64,000 nucleotides of DNA from Podarcis melisellensis (Eukaryota): NCBI GenBank assembly GCA_964234715.1, contig OZ174279.1; one strand, 5' to 3'. Made by a program: the position numbers and the translations under genes. Positions 51,462 through 62,418 of the stretch are shown one piece after another (the first letter of the stretch is position 1; every line of letters starts with the position of its first letter). The notes below the pieces were generated by a model that did not search any database, was not told the DNA's origin, and saw only the letters and a list, made by a program, of their open reading frames with translations.

Positions 51462-53354
51462 TATTGGTTTCTTGACTTCTAGCAGGCTTTGCCCACCATT
51501 TTGTTTACCTGAGTTTCCCACACTTTTTCGGTTCATATGGAATGGGGAAATTTTATTTCCAATTGGTTGAAATTTGGAGGGCTTCCCAGCATTTAAAGCC
51601 ACAATCTTCTACCAGTTGCATGGGGTGGCTAGGTGATGCTCACTCCAAAACCCCACAGGAGAACTCAAGCTAATGGGATCATTTTGTTGGATGGAGCCCA
51701 GAAGATTTGGCATAGAGTTTGATGGGAAACCAGATTTCAGAGCTCAAGTGTTTCTGCTTGTGGGTGTCAGGGGTGCTTCTCAGCAAAAGCAATGCACATA
51801 GCAGATAGTTAACGATTTATTGTCAAAGATAAGACTTGCAGTCAGTTCTGCAGCTTTGGATATCTACACACACCAATCCCAATCTCAATCCCGATTTTCC
51901 TGGGACATCCCGGAATTACAGAAGCCATCCCAGCTTCTGATTTGATCCCATAATGTCCCATTTCCCCCCTCCGGCACTGCCGCCACTGAGCTTGAGGAGG
52001 AGGATGAGCCAGCGCTTGCAGTGCCGCTGTGCTCTCACACGAGTGTGGCGCCAAAAGACATTCTCATCCGAGGAATGTTGGAGGGTATGTAGTCTTATGG
52101 CTAGACAGCTATTCCCAGGTCCATGCTCTATGGAGCAGTTGCAGCAACTGGGGACCACTCCCCCTCCTCTGGTTTATATACCTTCCCCCAATGGGCTGCA
52201 CGCATGTAGCCGGAGACTAAGCCTACATGGAAGCTGCCTCTGCTCTTCCCCCTTCAGTTCTCTCTTGGCTCTGGGAGGCAGTGGTGCAGGGGAGGGTGAG
52301 GAAGCACCTAGCCCTTCACTTGTGTGCCTGTCTTTTCTTCCTCCAGCCCTGACATGCCCCATGCTTCTGATTCTTGCCTCTTGGCTGGTATAGACTCCCC
52401 ACAAACCATTGCCCCCCTCTAGTGAGTCAGACTCCGGCTCCCTTTCCCCCCATGGCACACTTGTCAGTGTCCTCCTGCCAGTCCCTGCCAGTGGGGCTCC
52501 CAAGACTAAAAGAAACTCATGCCTAGAGAAAAATAACTTTAGACAAGCCATTTGTGGGGTGAGAATAGTAAACCCTCCTACCTTACCAGAATAAAGCAAC
52601 AACACTTGCAGTAAGTTACTTGAACTTGGGACGAGGGGGAACTCTTGAGACCTGCCAAGCTCTGTCCTAAATATCTGTACCAGCCTCTGACCTCTTGCCT
52701 ATTTTACTTCTGTGGTGCCATGCAATATACAGAGGGAAGTACTATCCTATAGGGATGGCCATGGAGATTCTGCTCTAAGGCCAGTCTATCTGCTTGGGAG
52801 TTAAGACTAAGGAACGTAGAGCACAAAGTAACTCTCCCTTTGTGCAACCAGCTCTCCAATGTCTGTAGCCTGTTGGCCTGACTTTGCACGTATTAAAAAA
52901 GCAGCGACTTTGCAGTTTGATCAATCTGTTGTTCTTACAGGCAGAACCTCAAAAGATTAGCCATGTGTTGTTGTTTATGAGCATCTCTCAAATGCTTTAT
53001 GGGTTGTTTGTATTTATTGTTGTATATACACACTCTTTCAAAAATAAAACAGGCTGTTAAATTTTTTAAAATCACATATGAATTCAAATATCTACAGGTG
53101 TGGAGTATTCAGGTCTTGTTTGAATGCAGTGAAAGTGGATTAACAGCTGAAAAACGCTCAGATGTGGGCAAGCCCAAAGCCTTCTCTACCAAAGCCAGCT
53201 TCTAAGCTGGGTATGAAATGCATCAGGATGGATGAACTGTCCTCGTGAATAGGATAGGGAACCAGGGAAGAGGGCCTTATTTGCATATGTGGACCTGAGT
53301 GAAAACTATCTACAGTATCCCCCTGCTGGCCCAGGGTGAGAACTTCAGTACATA

Positions 53355-53557
53355 ACAAGGGCCTTCTCGGCAGCGGTGCCCTCCCTGTGGAATGCTCTCC
53401 CACCAGATGTCAAGGAGATAAATAACTATACAACTTTTAGAAGGCATATGAAGGCAGCCCTGTATGGGAAGTTTTGAATCTTTGATGTTTTATTGTGTTT
53501 TTGTATGTGTTGGAAGCCACACAGAGTAGCTGGGGCAACCCAGCCAGATTGGCAGCA

Positions 53558-53601
<44 letters not shown>
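53355..53601 (+). mobile_element. L2-like LINE 3' fragment with (TTA)n tail
   Basis: Same family as 49832-50089; ends in a (TTA)n microsatellite. Confidence 0.65.
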
Positions 53602-53602
<1 letters not shown>

Positions 53603-54827
53603 GCATGAAGGGGCATGCTGAGTAGAGGAGAAGCTGAAGCAAGGAAGGCAGGTTGGGAGGAAGAGAAGGCAAGGAGAAGATGGGCGTCTATTACCCCTTC
53701 TGGCATCACCACCCAACACTTTGGCCTATCTATGAAATTTCCTAAGCCTTTACACAACGGGGGTGAAGAATGGATGGTGGCCTGTCAGGTGTTGCTGGTC
53801 TACAGTTCTCCCCATCCCTCTCTATTGGCCATGCTGGAATGAAGTTGATACTGGAGTTGGAGTTGAACACCTGGAAGCCGGACTAGCAGGTTCCAATCCC
53901 TGCTATACACTTTATAAAATATACAGCAAATTTATTTCTTGAAAATAAAAAGGGGTTTTTATTGGTTTCTGCTGTCTGGATATTGTTTTTGTTCCAGTGT
54001 GTTTAATCTTTCATGTCGAGATGGAAAACGTGGCTCTTTATCTGAAGCGTCAGTCAAATACAACTTTTAGTTTAATTCTTTAAAGATGAACTTTGCCAGT
54101 GCTTACTCTTGAATAAAAGATTAGCACTGGTGCATTGCTAGGCTTTCCTAAGCTCTTTGTCGACAGCAACACACGCTCTAAAAAATCTCCTCCCAATTCT
54201 CCATAATTTAATTAAATCCTTATGTATTTCATCTACCTACTTTCCATTTTCCAAATTGCTATTCAGACCCTGCAGGTTATTCAGAGTTCCTTTGAAAAAA
54301 CAACAACAATTTTTTTTTTACAAGATTGTCCAGGGATTTCAGTAATTTGCCACCAGATCAACATCAGCAAGCAAAACAGAAAATCTAATAATAATTCAGA
54401 TTCTATATTTACTAGTACATTAAATAGGTCACTGCTTTAATCATAACTCATAGAGTAGACACACACGCACACATGCATTTGTTGGTTTCAAGCAAAGCAG
54501 TTCAGTGCAATTAGCAAACGCATTTCAGATCCGCTTCTGAAGCTAAGCCAAAAATAGTGGATGTTAATTCCATTTCTATCCTAATCCTTCTTCTGCTTGT
54601 CTAATGTTTTGGTACTCATAAGTCATAACATGTCCACTTCAAATTGCATGTTTCCTGTTTGCTGTGCCCAAATACAGATTTGTTGCAGATTTCCAAACAT
54701 AAGTACCATATTAAGAGTGAATTCAATGTTAATATTATTATTTTTTGCTTGGAAACTGGTTTCATAACACTGCGATTGGTTGTGAACCTGTCAGCCGTGG
54801 AACTAAATGTAGTCTCCACACAGGAGT

Positions 54828-54857
<30 letters not shown>
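54828..54857. repeat. (CA)n microsatellite
   Basis: Direct reading. Confidence 0.95.
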
Positions 54858-54861
<4 letters not shown>

Positions 54862-55187
54862 AATCTTACTCCTAAGTGAATATTCTCCTATCATGTTGCC
54901 TCCATGGCACGAAAGTTCCACCTTAATATATTTAAGGGATTATATCCTACCTTTTGACTTAAAAAGCTGTCAAGGTGGCTTTCAGACTAATTTGTAACCA
55001 TCAAAAAAGCAGCTGAAAACAAACAACAAAATTAAAAACAGCTGAACACTAAAATATAATTTAAAACCTGAAAAAACAGGTGGGTTTTTCCTGGCATCTA
55101 AAAAGAAAAGTCTCTTGCAAAATAGAAGCTTTTGACTTGTTAAAATGCCAAATAAGTAGCAGGGATTACGACATATGTGAGCTGTAG

Positions 55188-55280
55188 TATGGTTGCATAT
55201 ACACTATACATTTAAATATACTATACATATATGGTTGCATATACACTATACATATATGGTTGTATATACACTATATATTA
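55188..55280. repeat. Imperfect minisatellite of about 25 bp
   Basis: ATGGTTGCATATACACTATACAT repeated about three times. Confidence 0.8.
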
Positions 55281-55507
55281 CATTTTCCACACCTCCCACA
55301 AAATCCTAGGAACAGTGGTTTGCCCCTCTCATAGCATCCCCAATAAACTACAGTTCCCAGGACTATTTGGACAGGGGATGTGAGTACAGTATATGCACGG
55401 CCTTGGGTGTGACTTTATTTTAGAACCTGCGCAAAGCTGTTTTAACACGTGAGCTGCTTTTAATTGTCTCTTTTTCCCCCTTTCTTGCCCTAGAACTCTC
55501 CAGTGCC

Positions 55508-57271
55508 ATGGAAACAAACAGCCACCAACTCCACCCCCATCAGGAAACCTTGAACTCTGTTTGCCACAGCACTCTCAACCTGAACTATCACCCTCTCTCA
55601 AAGAGCTCCACAAATCTGGCCGGCGTTGGGCGAGTGGGTTCTGAGGAGGGACACAACAGCAGGCAGGAGCTGCGAAAGAGCCTCAGCAGCTCTGCCTGCC
55701 AAGCCCAGGCGAGGGAGAACGACCTGGGAAGCACACCTAGCTCTGCATGGTCTTCAACCCGCTCGGAAATTGCATCCACTCTCCGAACTGTGAGCAGCCT
55801 GTCTCCAAGCGACAGTGTGCAGAGCACCACCAAAAGCACAAACCACTTCCTGGGTGTGGAGCAACCCCCAGCTTCTGCGGGAGGGGTTGGCCCTAGGACA
55901 CACACCAAGAGCAGTACCGCTGAGGATGTGTCCGCAACCTGTGATGCAAATCCGCAGCAGTTGAGCACGATGGAAGCACTGGGTGCTGCTGTCCAGAGAA
56001 GCCTTTCTGACCTAACGTGCAGCTGTAAGCAGCAGAGCTCCACTCCCCACATGGAGACAAGTGCCACATACTCTGCTATGCGCTCCAGCAGCAGTTACGG
56101 GGCTGCGGCAGGCAGCGTAGCATTCCCAAGACCGAGATATGGATCAGACACGTGTGAAAATGCCCCCAGTTTCCAAAGTCACATGAGTCGGGCCCCAAGT
56201 TTGCCTCGAGACCAAGATGTGCCCACTAGTGTCTTTGACAATGGTGCTGTATCGCAAAACGTTTTTGCGGACCCTGGAGCGTATCACTCAGCTGTTCTTG
56301 GGCCGCATATGCCTGGAGACCACTTCTCAAACAGGGCTATGTACGCCCAGGGTGGAATTGTGTATAGCAACTTTGCAGCTGGCATGTACCCACCTGGCAT
56401 GGTGGCCATCCATAATAGTACTGCTCTTCCTTACGGTATGAGGCCGGAGTCTTCGATGAAGATGGAGGGCACTGTCCCGGCCTATTGCCATTCCTTGCCC
56501 ATCCCTTCCCTTCAGTTCATCCCAAGGTTGGTCTGCTCAGTTAGTGAATCGGGGAAAGGACAAGTGACCCCCGGGTACTGCCAGTCCTTGCCCGCTGCTG
56601 AAACGGCAACGCTTCCAAAGCTCGTGTCGTCCGTGAGTGAGTCGGGTCTGGATGCAAAGCGCATCCTGCGCTGCTGCAGTGTGCGTGGGGAGCACATGAT
56701 GCACATGCAGCCTTGCATGCAACCAAGCAGGGCCCAAGAGGAAATGAAGACGACGTACGTGGTGTTGAATAGCCGCCAGGACGGCGTCAACACTGTCCTG
56801 AAGACCAAGGACACAGGGACGATGACCTCCATGAATGACCTCACCCGGGGATTGCAGCCCCTTCTTGAGTGCAGAGATGTAGAGGTACAAACCATCCCAA
56901 CGAAGGAATGTAAATCTGCAGCAACGAGCCCCTCGGTCGCAGCAGAAGGCCACCCTCACGTGTTCCCAGAGGTTAATCTGGAGCCCGAGGCAGAGGGTGA
57001 GAAGTCTCCGGTGAGGGAGGTGAGGTGGGACGATGAAGGCATGACATGGGAAGTGTATGGTGCGGCTGTAGACCCCGAGGTCCTTGGCTTGGCCATCCAG
57101 AAGCACCTTGAAATTCAGATAGAACAGTTTCAGACTGAACCGGAAGAGATCTCTAGGAAAAGTACTGAGGAGCTGCCGGCTAAACAGGAAAAGAAAACCT
57201 CTTTCAGAACAATGATGCATTGCCTAAGAAATCCAGGCTGCTGTGCCCGTTCCAGCACAGCAGTGGAATAA
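55508..57271 (+). CDS. GPRIN2: G protein-regulated inducer of neurite outgrowth 2, single coding exon, 587 aa
   Basis: GRIN C-terminal domain SPVREVRWDDEGMTWEVYGAAVDPEVLGLAIQKHLEIQIEQ, plus PKLVSSVSESGL, HVFPEV and a C-terminal CC. Strong Kozak GCCATGG. Acceptor (polyY + TAG at 55491-55493) just upstream. Neighbourhood with SYT15 and SHLD2 fits recalled synteny. Confidence 0.95.
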   Translation: METNSHQLHPHQETLNSVCHSTLNLNYHPLSKSSTNLAGVGRVGSEEGHNSRQELRKSLSSSACQAQARENDLGSTPSSAWSSTRSEIASTLRTVSSLSPSDSVQSTTKSTNHFLGVEQPPASAGGVGPRTHTKSSTAEDVSATCDANPQQLSTMEALGAAVQRSLSDLTCSCKQQSSTPHMETSATYSAMRSSSSYGAAAGSVAFPRPRYGSDTCENAPSFQSHMSRAPSLPRDQDVPTSVFDNGAVSQNVFADPGAYHSAVLGPHMPGDHFSNRAMYAQGGIVYSNFAAGMYPPGMVAIHNSTALPYGMRPESSMKMEGTVPAYCHSLPIPSLQFIPRLVCSVSESGKGQVTPGYCQSLPAAETATLPKLVSSVSESGLDAKRILRCCSVRGEHMMHMQPCMQPSRAQEEMKTTYVVLNSRQDGVNTVLKTKDTGTMTSMNDLTRGLQPLLECRDVEVQTIPTKECKSAATSPSVAAEGHPHVFPEVNLEPEAEGEKSPVREVRWDDEGMTWEVYGAAVDPEVLGLAIQKHLEIQIEQFQTEPEEISRKSTEELPAKQEKKTSFRTMMHCLRNPGCCARSSTAVE

Positions 57272-59455
57272 ACTTTCCCAGCAGACTGCAAGACTGGCTT
57301 GTTTTTTTAAAAAAATAGTTGCAGATAAACACGGGTATACAATATGGAGTCCCTTTGGAATCAAACTGGAAACTGTGAGCTGGTCTAAAATAGAACTCTG
57401 CAAGGCAGAGGCTCCAGGGACAGTTTTTAGTACATATATCCCTGATCTACATGTTACTCAGAATGAAGTAGTAGAATTTTGGACTGTTTCATTTCAGATT
57501 ACAGGTGGGGTTGGGCTCTTGTTTTTGAATGCTCTTCCACATGAATAAACCCTAACAACATGCATTGAACTAGCTCATGAGAGAGAGATAACTGTGTTAA
57601 ATCTTCCTCCCTGCTGTGCTAGTTTGCTACACTTAAAGAGTGTTTTTGAGGATGTGTGTATTGTTTTTAGGGGGGGGCACTCAGTTTAATCAGTTGTCTT
57701 AAAGCTATGGACTCATGTCTTCCTGACCCCTTCCTTGCTGCATAGTTTAAATATGCTTAAGTGAAATAAACAAATAAAATACTACTATTCCTCAACCTGT
57801 AGCCTAAAGTGCTACAGAATTATATAAATTGTTAAAATATATTATTCTCTTCCTCTACCCTCAGCTTGAAGAGGTCAATAATTGTACCACTTTATTTTGA
57901 GTAATCTGTAGATCTATTAAAAGAAAAAGAAAGCCCAAATACCTGCATTTTATATATGGTATTGCTTTATCCAGGTGATCTAGCTCTGAATAATACTTCA
58001 AGCAAATACTGTGTTTTTCTGAACGACAGCTTGAAGCACATCATTGTATTTCCCTGTACATGTATGAATTGTAAGAACCTTTTTAAAACCATGTATAGAG
58101 AGAAAATACTGACTTAGTGGTCCCTGCATTTGTCTTACTGCAACATTGTACAGGTAGTTTTAAATACTAGAATTCCATTTTATACCTTTTACACAGATGG
58201 CATGTAGTAATTTATGAAAGCACATAATTGAGTACACTCCTTGTTACTAGATAGCTTATTGAATTACAATGCTGTGTACAATAAAACCTGTGACTTCAGT
58301 GCAATTAGTCTTTCCTCTAGACCGGATGCACTGCAGATCATTGTGCAGTTGGCACAGCTCTTTGCAGAACATCACATCCAGTTTCTTCAGCCATGAGGAA
58401 TTGCATCCTAAATACACAGGGGAGTCAGTGCTTACACTGTTACCAAGGCACAACTGTACCAGTGTTACCAGAGAAGAGTCACAAATGCCTGGTTTACTAT
58501 GAATTTTAATCTCAGGTTAACCTGTCATTATGCGACATGGCTACTTTTGTTTTCCTGGCATTAAATGTAATTGTCCTCTTGAGCTGATGTCCACCAGACT
58601 GAAACAGGTGGCAGTTGATGAGGAAAGCCAGCAAGGCAATGTGTCTGCTAATTGGGAAAAGTAAATAAAACAGATGTTTCCTTATTTTGCATATTGCAGG
58701 TCATTTGGTTATTAATTGTGTTGCTCTTACGTGTACAGCAGAGTTTCTCCAGGGGTGTTCCTGCTGCTTTTTGAAAAGCATTAAAGCATAAAGGATTTTC
58801 AAGGGGGGATTTAGGAAGTCAAAAAACCCACCCAGACACTCATCTATGTGCTGGCTGCATTTGTACATAACGCTAAACCATGGTTTATGAGGGTGAGCCT
58901 CAGACATGCATGCTTCCATTACACACACACCGGCCTAAGGTTGGCAGTGGGGAAGAATGGGGGTGGGGAGACCTTTACCTCCATTTTTGACTAACCACAA
59001 GATAAAGTTATGTCTGAACCTAGACAGACTGTGGTTTAGTCATAACTATGGTTTACTACAATGCACTAAACGCCAAACTGTGGTTTATAAAGCTGGCCAA
59101 AGTTAAGATTAACCACAATTTAGGGTTCAGACATAACCCTAAGCTATGGTTAAATTGGAAGCTTTCCATCTCTTCATGACCCTCCCAGAAGGAGGGAATA
59201 CACGTGCCTGAATTTTGCACAGGCTCACAGTCATCCCACCAAGCCATGGCTACCTAAATGTTGAAAATAGCAGATACTTTTTAAAGCCCCATCCCATAAA
59301 AACATGGCTCTGTTTATGCATTTCTGAAGCCTAAGGATGGCCTTTTAGAAAAATAAATGTTCTGAACTGGGATGCTTACTGGATTAATACTTTTTCAGTC
59401 TCCTCTGATGTGTGAAATTATTTGATGTAGATAAACAAGTGATGACCTTTCAGAA

Positions 59456-59805
59456 GGACGCGGGTGGTGCTGTGGGTTAAACTACAGAGCCTAGGACTTG
59501 CCGATAAGAAGGTTGGCGGTTCGAATCCCTGCAACGGGGTGAGCTCCCGTTGCTCGGTCCCAGCTCCTGTCCACCTAGCAGTTCGAAAGCACATCAAAGT
59601 GCAAGTAGATAAATAGGTACCGCTCTGGCGGGAAGGTAAACGGCGTTTCCGTGCACTGCTCTGGTTTGACAGAAGCGGCTTAGTCATGCTGGCCACATGA
59701 CCCAGAAGCTGTACATCGGCTCCCTCGGCCAATAAAGCGAGGTGAGCGCCGCAACCCCAGAGTCGGCCACGACTGGACCTAATGGTCAGGGATCCCTTTA
59801 TCTTT
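59456..59805 (+). mobile_element. Sauria SINE
   Basis: GGACGCGGGTGGTGCTGTGG head, GGTTCGAATCC B-box, CCTTTA tail. Confidence 0.9.
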
Positions 59806-60618
59806 TTAAACAAGTAGTTCTCGATGAGTAGATTCACCTTTTCCCAGAATCCTTCAATTCTACTTGGATGGGGAGTTGCTTTGCCATCCTGCTGTTACTT
59901 TGGATGTAATTATTCTTTCTGGTTTCTCGGTTTTTGATTCACATTCTAGCCTAGCTGTGTCATAGACCTTCATCGTCAGCTAGGGCAGACCAGCCAATTA
60001 TTTAAAGGTGCAACTGAAAGGACAGTAACATAAGCTCTGGGGCTACCCCTCATGGGAGAGTGTTCCACAGGTCTTTTGGGGGGGGCACCACTCTCTCTAG
60101 CAGCCACCCAAGTATCTTTCTGTGCAAGCAGGTCGATATGGAGACAGCTTGCCTTCCTTGGTCCTAAGCCATTAAGGGCTTTAGCCCAGGCATCATATGA
60201 TCATAACACCCATAATCGTGTCACCTGCTCAGTAGGGCAGATCTCGGAAGCCATGTGGATCAGCTGATACTGATCCTCTGGCACTATAGCGGGTTTCCTT
60301 CTGCATTGCCTGTCACGGTGGGCCTTTGCAAAGGCACAGCAAGGTCCGTGCAGAGGAGCTGCCGCATTGGCGGGAAGTCCTATTGGGGATCTAAAGCATA
60401 ATTCCCATCAGCTGCCACTGCTAATGTGATGCAGTTGTTAAAGTATATTTGTGCTGTGGAGAAAACATTCAACTCCCTACTCACGTTTTTGAAAGTCACT
60501 GGGTTGCTCTGTTAGGCTTGACATTCTCTCTCTGCCTAACCTATCTCACAGGCTTGTTTTAGGGTAAAATTGGGATAACGCCCTCATATAACCTGACCTC
60601 GGAGGAAAAGGCAGGATA

Positions 60619-60844
60619 CAGTGGTACCTCAGGTTAAGTACTTAATTCGTTCCGGAGGTCCGTTCTTAACCTGAAACTGTTCTTAACTTGAAGCACCGCT
60701 TTAGCTAATGGGGCCTCCCGCTGCTGCCGTGCTGCCGGAGCACAATTTCTGTTCTCATCCTGAAGCAAAGTTCTTAACCCGAGGTACTATTTCTGGGTTA
60801 GCGGAGTCTGTAACCTGAAGCGTATGTAACCCAAGGTACCACTG
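60619..60844 (-). mobile_element. Tc1/mariner MITE, family A
   Basis: TA|CAGTGGTACC..GGTACCACTG|TA, reverse orientation. Confidence 0.9.
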
Positions 60845-61269
60845 TACAAGTTTGATCGCTTTTTAAATTGTGACCAGTGTGTACAAAGGAGCTGGGCATA
60901 TTATAGGGATTTGAAACCTGTACATGCTGACATCTTGCAAACATCCTCAGCTAGGCCCCTGAGAGTTGATTCTGAGCCTCATGGCTGTTGTGGAAGATTG
61001 TGCTCTGACTGCAACACTGTACCCGAGAACAGCGCTTTAGTTTTCCTTCTAGGCATGTGACTTTGTGAGTGTGTGTGGCAGAGTCTTCCCATCCAGCCCA
61101 TTTACTTTGAACTATAGAAACTTTTCGAGAACGTTCATCTGCGTGAATCCTGACCCAGGATTCCCTTTCTTAGTCACCCGATAATATTAGGAACTGGTTT
61201 TTATATACATAGAGATGTGAAGCCTTCACCACATCAGAGCACTGCTGAATAACTTGATCCCACTGCATA

Positions 61270-61499
61270 CAGTGGTACTGTATGCAGACGTGGTTACAGA
61301 CGCTTCAGGTTACAGACTCCGCTAACCCAGAAATAGTACCTTGGGTTAAGAACTTTGCTTCAGGATGAGAAATCACACAGCAGTGGCATGGCGGCAGTGG
61401 GAGGCCCCATTAGCTAATGTGGTGCTTCAGGTTAAGAACAGTTTCAGGTTAAGAACGGACCTCCAGAACGAATTAAGTTCTTAACCCGAGGTACCACTG
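61270..61499 (+). mobile_element. Tc1/mariner MITE, family A, left TIR altered
   Basis: TA TSD present and body matches family A. Confidence 0.88.
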
Positions 61500-62165
61500 T
61501 ATCTCCACCCATTTTTACTGATGGGGTGTTTTGTCACCCTGAAGATACCATGTCCCATCGTAGGCCCGGCTCAACCAGTTAGAAGAAGATTATATGCTGC
61601 ACTTTGTCGTTATTTCCCAACCTTTCAAAACTCACACGCAGAAAAAGGGTGGATGGAGGTTGCAGAATCCTGGGCTGCAGCTTGCGAGTCTTAGATGCAT
61701 TAATCCCATGTCTAATATGTGAGCTAAGCAGATGTCACCTGTCTGCTTATCAGACTCCTAATAAATCACAGAGCGTGCTCCACCTTCAACAATGTTTGAA
61801 ATAACTGTAGCATTTTGAGACAGAAATGAGGAAAAACTGTCCCTGGGCAAATCATAGGCAATAAGAAAATGAAGCTACCCTTTGTAGCTTGCCAACAATT
61901 TCACAGCAGCCTCTTCAGCTGCATAATCAGGCTGGCTCTTCCCCACCCAGCAACCAGCCCTCCTCCTTCCCTCTACACACGAACACTTGATGCAGTTAGA
62001 GGCAGTGTAATTTAACGAATCTGGGTCAAGAGCTGCCAGTGCATTAAATTGGCTTTACCGCCTTCATAGAAATATGAAGAAGCTTCTTCACGCCACCTAG
62101 TGTTTACCTGGTGAACAGTCATGAATTTCTAGCAAGTGACCTATAATGTTCCATAGTTCCAAATA

Positions 62166-62418
62166 CAGTGGTACCTTGGTTTACGAACTTAATCAGTTCT
62201 GGAAGTCTGTCCTTAAACCAAAGCGTTCTTAAACCAAGGCGGGTTTTCCCATAGCAACGGGGGACTCAGTTTACAAATGGAACACACTCAACAGGAAACG
62301 AAACATGTTCTGCTTCCAAGGCAAAGTTCACAAAGGAAAACACCTACTTCTGGGTTTGCAGCGTTCTTAATCTAAGTTTGTTCATAAACTGAGCTGTTCT
62401 TAAACCAAGGTACCACTG
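62166..62418. mobile_element. Tc1/mariner MITE, related family B
   Basis: TA|CAGTGGTACCTTGGTTTA..TAAACCAAGGTACCACTG|TA with a different internal sequence. Confidence 0.85.

Noticed and set aside
55588-57220. Antisense ORFs of 127-227 aa
   Set aside because: Shadows of the GC-rich GPRIN2 coding strand.
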